Shown here: one piece after another, positions 57,987 to 63,134 of the stretch | Numbering within the stretch: the first letter of the stretch is position 1 | Layout of the letters: every line of letters starts with the position of its first letter | Assembly (NCBI GenBank): GCA_043736395.1 | Contig: JAYTCQ010000032.1 | Coordinates: forward strand, 1 to 63,134 | Reading direction: 5' to 3' | Source: Blastocatellia bacterium | Lineage (GTDB): Bacteria > Acidobacteriota > Blastocatellia > RBC074 | Length of the DNA: 63,134 bases | Program-made: the position numbers and the translations under genes | Notes under the pieces: model-generated | The model's input: the letters and a program-made list of their open reading frames with translations, nothing else | The model's database searches: none | Told to the model about the DNA's origin: nothing

Positions 57987-58985
57987 TTATTTGTAACTTG
58001 CAACCACCAATTCGGGTTGCATTGTTTGATTAAGTATCGGCGCAGGAACAGTTGCTCCCATCGTTTTAAAATCTAATAACCCACGTTCGCGCAAGCTTGT
58101 CGCATGCTCAAAAATCATCCGCAGCCCGGCAAACATTTGCTCCATTTCATCTACCAAATTCGTTGGATGAAGCCATAGATGGAAAATACGTTTTTCCTTC
58201 ACTGCGGCCTCTAATCCTTTGCGAGCACGATGGACGCGTAACGAGAGCGGGATATAGCGACGTCGCCCGTGCATCGGAAAATACAACATCGAACCAGGCA
58301 GCTTCCAAATTCCATCTGAAGTAAATTCCGGCAAATAAACAGGTGGTGTTGCCGCCGTACAAACTAATCCAAAATGTACGATCCGTCGCAAGATGTCGGG
58401 GATATGTCCACGTTCATGCCACTCTGCGCCGCGATAACAGGTGAACCCATATTTAGCCAGCAAATCTACATACCCTGCTTTATTTTGGGGATAGACAAAC
58501 GATTGCATCTTGATCCCGCGCTCATTTGCCAATCGCACACACTCAGCAAGTTCCTCTTCGGCTCTGGCGCGGGTGATATTTTCTTCGGTAAAAATTGGAT
58601 GCGAAAATGTATGACACCCGATTTCCTGAGGGACATCGCAAGCCTGAATTTTTTCCACTAAACTGCGTCCGCAAAAAATGCTGTCAGCCTCCTCGTTACC
58701 GCTGCTACTGGACGAAGGGCAGGGAACTGTTACATTGGCGTTTGGTACGGCGTGGTTGACGCCGCAGCTATCTAAAAATAAATGCCCCACAATTAACCAG
58801 GAGGCAGGCAGATTGAATTCCACCAACAATGCTAATAACCGATCAATAATGACTTGGCGCTCCAGTTCACACTGTTTGCGATATTTCTCAACACCACGTC
58901 CGGCAAGCGTTCCCCAAATCAATTCAAAATCTATGCTGAGTGTGAAAACGCCACGCTCTAATTGCAGTTGGTTCTGATTATTCAT
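57987..58985 (-). CDS. Polysaccharide deacetylase (NodB/CE4-like)
   Basis: FTLSIDFELIWG, QEIGCHTFSH, SFVYPQN, FHLWLHP; ATG 58985. Confidence 0.88.
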   Translation of the reverse strand: MNNQNQLQLERGVFTLSIDFELIWGTLAGRGVEKYRKQCELERQVIIDRLLALLVEFNLPASWLIVGHLFLDSCGVNHAVPNANVTVPCPSSSSSGNEEADSIFCGRSLVEKIQACDVPQEIGCHTFSHPIFTEENITRARAEEELAECVRLANERGIKMQSFVYPQNKAGYVDLLAKYGFTCYRGAEWHERGHIPDILRRIVHFGLVCTAATPPVYLPEFTSDGIWKLPGSMLYFPMHGRRRYIPLSLRVHRARKGLEAAVKEKRIFHLWLHPTNLVDEMEQMFAGLRMIFEHATSLRERGLLDFKTMGATVPAPILNQTMQPELVVASYK

Positions 58986-59020
58986 TTTTCTATACCGCAA
59001 ACGGTCATTAACTGTGCTTT

Positions 59021-59122
59021 TTTTCATCCACGAAGAACACGAAGGGACACGAAGTAAACGCGAAGAACACCCTTGGGTGCTTGTCTTTCTTCGTGTCCCT
59101 TCGTGTTCTTCGTGGATGAAAA
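59021..59122. repeat. CACGAAG-unit inverted-repeat element, copy 3
   Basis: TTTTCATCCACGAAGAACACGAAGGGACACGAAG pairs perfectly with CTTCGTGTCCCTTCGTGTTCTTCGTGGATGAAAA (34-nt arms). Confidence 0.9.
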
Positions 59123-59144
59123 CCTCATAACAACTGCCCCCCAA

Positions 59145-59924
59145 TTAACGCACGGCACGAACCAGAAACATATTTGACAGTTCGCGCAAAATCGGGCGAT
59201 CCGCCAGCGCGTTGTCAATTGGCTCCCAGGCTTTCAGTAGTGAAGGAATCAACCCAGGAAGAATGCGCTCCACCCATATAAACGGGCCGCTATAAACTCC
59301 GTGGACTTCCGTACTCACAAATCCGGCCTGCGTGCATTCGCGGCGTAACCGGTTTTCGGTCGTAAAAAATTGTTTCAGCGGAGTCAGCCCACTAAGATTA
59401 AATTTAGTCGCCAAACGATTGATGGGTAAATATCCATTCGAGTTGAATAATGGCAAAGCCGTAGTCAAACACACTCCGCCCGGTTTCAAAACTCGCGCCA
59501 TTTCTCGCCAGCAGGAATCATTCGCAGGCAAATACCGCAACACTTCAATGCAAATTGCAAAATCAAAACTTGCATTTTCAAACGGCAGTTTTTCAACATC
59601 CGCTTGCCGCAGCTCTGCATCAGGATTCGTGATCCGCGCCTTTTCCAGCATATCTGCCGAACCATCAACGCCCACAACTTCGAAGCCACGTTCGCGCAAA
59701 CGTTGCATCAGATGCCCTGTGCCACATCCCACATCTAATACCTTCAAACCCGCACCATTTGCCGGTAAATATTGATCCAACCATTGATTCAAGCGGTGAC
59801 GGGAATAGGTGAAACATTTGCTGTACACATCGTCTGCCATCACTTGGTAGCGCGTCGCAAATTTTACGGATTGCCGTGAATGCGTATCTATGGCGTCTTG
59901 TTTTTGTAACTCACTGGATTCCAT
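59145..59924 (-). CDS. Class I SAM-dependent methyltransferase
   Basis: VLDVGCGTG, VGVDGS, ADVEKLPFENASFD, RVLKPGG. Confidence 0.92.
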   Translation of the reverse strand: MESSELQKQDAIDTHSRQSVKFATRYQVMADDVYSKCFTYSRHRLNQWLDQYLPANGAGLKVLDVGCGTGHLMQRLRERGFEVVGVDGSADMLEKARITNPDAELRQADVEKLPFENASFDFAICIEVLRYLPANDSCWREMARVLKPGGVCLTTALPLFNSNGYLPINRLATKFNLSGLTPLKQFFTTENRLRRECTQAGFVSTEVHGVYSGPFIWVERILPGLIPSLLKAWEPIDNALADRPILRELSNMFLVRAVR

Positions 59925-61036
59925 TTATCTAACTCCTGCTTTAATTTTGCTTCATTGACAGTAGTGCGAACGACATCGGCAAAAAGCTGAGCCGCATATT
60001 GCTTGGAATATCGCGCCTCAACAGTGCGCCGCCCTGCCATCCCCAAACGTTGTCGTAAACTTGCATCCTGCACCAGCCGTCCAATGTTTGTCAGCCAATC
60101 TTCATTCGTACTCACCAGCAAACCGTTTTCGTCATGCTGAATCACTTCACAATTTGCGCCAATCGCCGAGCAGACGGCAGGCACACCGAGCGCCATATAG
60201 AGCAACGCTTTCATCGCACATTTGCCTTTCGCCCATTCAACATCAGGCATCGGCATCAGACCAATATCGAACTGCCCAATTTCCTCGGCTTCAGTTGCCG
60301 CCGTCCACTTGCGCCACACATACGGCACGCCCGGCAAATTTGGTTGACGGTCAGAATGAATCCGCAATTCAACATCGTAGCGCGAAGTCAATTCTCGCAG
60401 CATCGGCACAAAGGCTTCCAAATACGTTTGCGAAGTCGAACTGCCCGTCCATCCCACAACAACGTGCTCTTTATTTTCGTAGAGGTTGATCGGTTGAAAA
60501 CGCTCAACCTCAACCGTACTTGGAACGATTGTCACCTGTGTATTAAATTGCCGCGCATAATCCGCGAGCCAGGCGTTGCCAACAATCACGTGCGAACTTA
60601 ACCGACAAATCGTAGCCGTTTTCCCAGGAAATTTCAGCCACCCAAATTTGCGATTTGCTTCCGCCGTATGCAGATGAAAAATCGCATCATCAAAATCAAA
60701 GATAACGGGCTTGCCGCTCAATGTTAATAACCGTTCGAGCAACGCAGGCCCCACCAGACAAGCCGTACGATGCAACAAAATCGCATCGTAGCGACCAGCC
60801 GTAATCACATCTCCAATCCGCCGCATCATCGCCGCAGCCATTGCTGCAACTTTCGCAGCACGGTTGTTCGATTGATACAACAACTGCATCAATCGCTCAT
60901 CAGCGAATGGCAAAAAGTGTAGATCAATTCCTTGCTCCCGAAGTGCTGGAAACCATTGCTCCATCCGAAAACGCTGACTCGGAATTGTGTTGAGCGGATA
61001 AGGAACCAGAGCACAAATTGAAATCGCAGGGGTCAT
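59888..61036 (-). CDS. Glycosyltransferase family 4 (GT-B)
   Basis: SQRFR.EQ, FDFDDAI, VGWTGS, DIGLMP...KGKCAMKALLYMALGVPAV; ATG 61036. Confidence 0.92.
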   Translation of the reverse strand: MTPAISICALVPYPLNTIPSQRFRMEQWFPALREQGIDLHFLPFADERLMQLLYQSNNRAAKVAAMAAAMMRRIGDVITAGRYDAILLHRTACLVGPALLERLLTLSGKPVIFDFDDAIFHLHTAEANRKFGWLKFPGKTATICRLSSHVIVGNAWLADYARQFNTQVTIVPSTVEVERFQPINLYENKEHVVVGWTGSSTSQTYLEAFVPMLRELTSRYDVELRIHSDRQPNLPGVPYVWRKWTAATEAEEIGQFDIGLMPMPDVEWAKGKCAMKALLYMALGVPAVCSAIGANCEVIQHDENGLLVSTNEDWLTNIGRLVQDASLRQRLGMAGRRTVEARYSKQYAAQLFADVVRTTVNEAKLKQELDKWNPVSYKNKTP

Positions 61037-61040
61037 GTTT

Positions 61041-61940
61041 TTAAGCACTGCGCCTCGCATACACTTTCAGTCCGTCACCGAGTTGTAACACTGAAAGCCC
61101 GTTATTAATCCAGTTTTTCAGCGTGCGACGCAAAGGTGACGACGTGAACGTTTGATTCAATGTTTCGCCTGATTGATTGCGGTTGACAGCTTCTTTAGGC
61201 GAACGAATGCGCGCCAGAATTTCATACGGGTTCAGCCCCTCTGTACGAATGCGCAAAGGCTGAAATCCCACTTTATGCAAAGCCTGCCTGATTCCTTTGG
61301 GCGACCAAATCACCAGATGTTCCGGCGGAGAAAAAACGCTCCAATCCAAACCAAGCAATCGTTGATTCAGGCTTCGCACATTGGGTGTAGTCAAATAAAG
61401 CAATCCGCCCGGACGCAACCAATGCGCCGCCTCTTGTAGAATTTCTTGTGGATTTGGCACGTGTTCCAACAATTCAATCATCGTCACTACGTCAAAGCTC
61501 TGGGGTATAAAGCGCGGATCGCTTTCCATATTGTTAGTAACGACCCAACCTTGTTGTGCGCCATATTCAAGTGAGTGCGGAGAAATTTCTGCCCCATAAC
61601 ATTGCCACCCTTGCCGTTCTGCAATTTGCAAAAGCCCGCCTTCACCAAATCCTATATCAAGAATTTTGCCGTTGCTGCGAAACGGTGCAAAAGATGAAAT
61701 CTGTCGCTCCAGTGATTGCCTCACCACGGGCGAAATTTCAAAATGCGCGCCATCGTAATAATGGTCGTACAAATCTTTCACCATCTCTTGTTGCGCCTGA
61801 TCGCAGGTAAAAATTGTCTGGCAATGTAGACATTTCCAAAGATCAAAATAATTCTTACTGCCAACAAAATGATGCCGTGCGCCGCCGCAACCAAAACAAG
61901 CGAATTCATTTTCCTTGACCTTAGAATTGGGCAACTTCAT
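61041..61940 (-). CDS. Class I SAM-dependent methyltransferase with N-terminal Cys motifs
   Basis: CFGCG...CLHCQ, ILDIGFGEG, FDVVTMIELLEHVPNP, LRPGGLLYLTTPN, PPEHL. Confidence 0.9.
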   Translation of the reverse strand: MKLPNSKVKENEFACFGCGGARHHFVGSKNYFDLWKCLHCQTIFTCDQAQQEMVKDLYDHYYDGAHFEISPVVRQSLERQISSFAPFRSNGKILDIGFGEGGLLQIAERQGWQCYGAEISPHSLEYGAQQGWVVTNNMESDPRFIPQSFDVVTMIELLEHVPNPQEILQEAAHWLRPGGLLYLTTPNVRSLNQRLLGLDWSVFSPPEHLVIWSPKGIRQALHKVGFQPLRIRTEGLNPYEILARIRSPKEAVNRNQSGETLNQTFTSSPLRRTLKNWINNGLSVLQLGDGLKVYARRSA

Positions 61941-62832
61941 CTGGGCTAAGCGTCGTAAATAAATAATTCAACCACTCTGGATGACCTTCTATCTTATCGC
62001 GGTGAACCGGGCCATTCGGAGTCAGATGATAAAAAAGATAACCAAAGCGGCGCAGAATTTCTTCTAATGGTGCTTCTCCGCCACGCTCCGTCAATACTTC
62101 ACAAAAGATGATGGGATGATCGCGCTCCAGTGTTTTCGTCATTCCGCGCAAGACCTGATGTTCGGTACTTTCGGTATCAAGCTTCATGAGTTCAACGCGG
62201 CTGATATTCTTATCGTGAACAAAACGATCAAGAGTAATGACTGGGACTTTTGTACTGACCAGGTTATCCGCTGCCTGCATAAATTCAAATGACAAACTGG
62301 AGCTGGTCGGCGTCTCGGCGTTGATGTGCCAGAATTCGGCTTCGCCTTGTGCCTCACCAACCGCGCTGGCAGAACACTGCACATTCGTCAATTGGTTCAG
62401 TTTGACGTTGCGCAATAATCTTTTATGCACAGACGGCAGCGGCTCAAAAGCGAAAACCTGCCCCGCCGGATTGGCGTGTGCCGCGAGCAAAGAAAAAAAG
62501 CCCACATACGCACCCACATCAAATGTCACGTGAGCACGCGCAGCGAGACGGTAAAATAACGGAACCGTTTCCGTCTCATAACCATCCCAACCGCGCCAAT
62601 AAATTTGATTCGAAACCCAATCATCTCCGCGTGACCAAAGCACCAATTGACGCCCATTCGGCAACGTTCGTCGCACTGATCCAACCCGATGCAAATGTTT
62701 GATCACGGATTCTGAGTGCATTCCTGTCGCTTGCTGACAAGCATACACAACAGAAGTTGCGAGATAATTGAATGGCTGCGATGCACGCATTCTCTTCAAG
62801 GTTTTGACCATCCCAACACCTTGATTATTCAT
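61921..62832 (-). CDS. FkbM family methyltransferase
   Basis: FDVGAYVGFFS, VFAFEP, VPVITLD, LMKLDTESTEHQVLRG; start uncertain (62832 or 62811). Confidence 0.92.
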   Translation of the reverse strand: MNNQGVGMVKTLKRMRASQPFNYLATSVVYACQQATGMHSESVIKHLHRVGSVRRTLPNGRQLVLWSRGDDWVSNQIYWRGWDGYETETVPLFYRLAARAHVTFDVGAYVGFFSLLAAHANPAGQVFAFEPLPSVHKRLLRNVKLNQLTNVQCSASAVGEAQGEAEFWHINAETPTSSSLSFEFMQAADNLVSTKVPVITLDRFVHDKNISRVELMKLDTESTEHQVLRGMTKTLERDHPIIFCEVLTERGGEAPLEEILRRFGYLFYHLTPNGPVHRDKIEGHPEWLNYLFTTLSPDEVAQF

Positions 62833-63133
62833 TGCGCCCTTCCGTCACAGCTTGACGCACATTGATCTGCATCAGATTCAGTACAATGGTTTGATACAGA
62901 TCAATTTGTCGCTCGCACGCAGGAGCAAGTGCGTAATATTTTTCAGCCGCTTGACGGCATCTTTTTGGCAATTCAGGATCAGCCAATAATTCCAGGAGCG
63001 CGTGAAAAGCCTTTCGATAGGCTTCATCTGTATGTGCTTCTACTACCACGCCGACTCTTTCCCTCCGAATAATTTCATCGGTGTCACTGACGTTGGGAGT
63101 TGTAATGACAGGCAAACCGCACGCCCAATATTC
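62825..63133 (-). CDS. Glycosyltransferase family 4, C-terminal part (5' end outside window)
   Basis: Frame open at the edge: EYWACGLPVITT..VSD..EII...VGVVV...AEKYY, the GT-B C-terminal signature. Confidence 0.85.
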   Translation of the reverse strand, partial: EYWACGLPVITTPNVSDTDEIIRRERVGVVVEAHTDEAYRKAFHALLELLADPELPKRCRQAAEKYYALAPACERQIDLYQTIVLNLMQINVRQAVTEGRNE

Positions 63134-63134
63134 T

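Noticed and set aside
2950-59122. CACGAAG and heptamer repeats as CRISPR arrays
   Set aside because: They are inverted pairs of short tandem units, not direct repeats separated by unique 30-40-nt spacers; no cas genes are present.
55556-59144. N-terminal extensions given by the ORF track for the epimerase (from 56659) and the deacetylase (from 59144)
   Set aside because: The extensions are translated repeat elements; better starts are ATG 56551 (AGGAG RBS) and ATG 58985.
1-63134. Alternative genetic code (global UGA reassignment) as the explanation for the in-frame TGAs
   Set aside because: rlmB (3890-3892), holA (7359-7361) and the CRTAC1 gene (10987-10989) end at TGA exactly where the protein families end, and Trp is encoded by TGG throughout.

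Overview
A 63-kb chromosomal window, probably from an Acidobacteriota (Blastocatellia-like) genome. This is inferred from lineage-typical gene families (VWA/TIGR03436-like, ASPIC/UnbV, carboxypeptidase-regulatory/TPR); no rRNA is present to confirm it. Housekeeping genes are rlmB, hemL, holA, ppiD/surA-like, queE, queC, wecB, rpoD, dnaG, mutS2 and tRNA-Leu(TAA). Accessory genes include a type I RM hsdS at the left edge, a Phd antitoxin with a ParE pseudogene, DUF4394/DUF4331 secreted proteins, a hydrolase-NACHT-FGE-sulfatase NLR-like gene, an enolase/GNAT/epimerase/DHDPS catabolic operon and the 3' end of a surface-glycan locus. Main candidate for a new system (48889-53454, minus strand): four co-oriented genes encoding (1) a PqqD/RRE domain fused in cis to a twin-arginine-like signal and a 6-Cys core with knottin-type C-C-CC-C-C spacing, (2) an NTP_transf_5-like nucleotidyltransferase, (3) a MauE plus two thioredoxin-fold fusion and (4) an HPr-kinase-like kinase. 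They lie directly downstream of the glycan locus. Second highlight: two exported proteins (DUF1573-like and rhodanese-like) are split by an in-frame TGA at a conserved Cys position, each followed by a bacterial SECIS-like hairpin, so both are candidate selenoproteins that the ORF track breaks in two. Intergenic spaces carry several families of long inverted repeats and 7-/9-mer tandem-unit hairpins, some of them inside coding sequence. All family assignments come from motif recognition by eye; no database searches were run.
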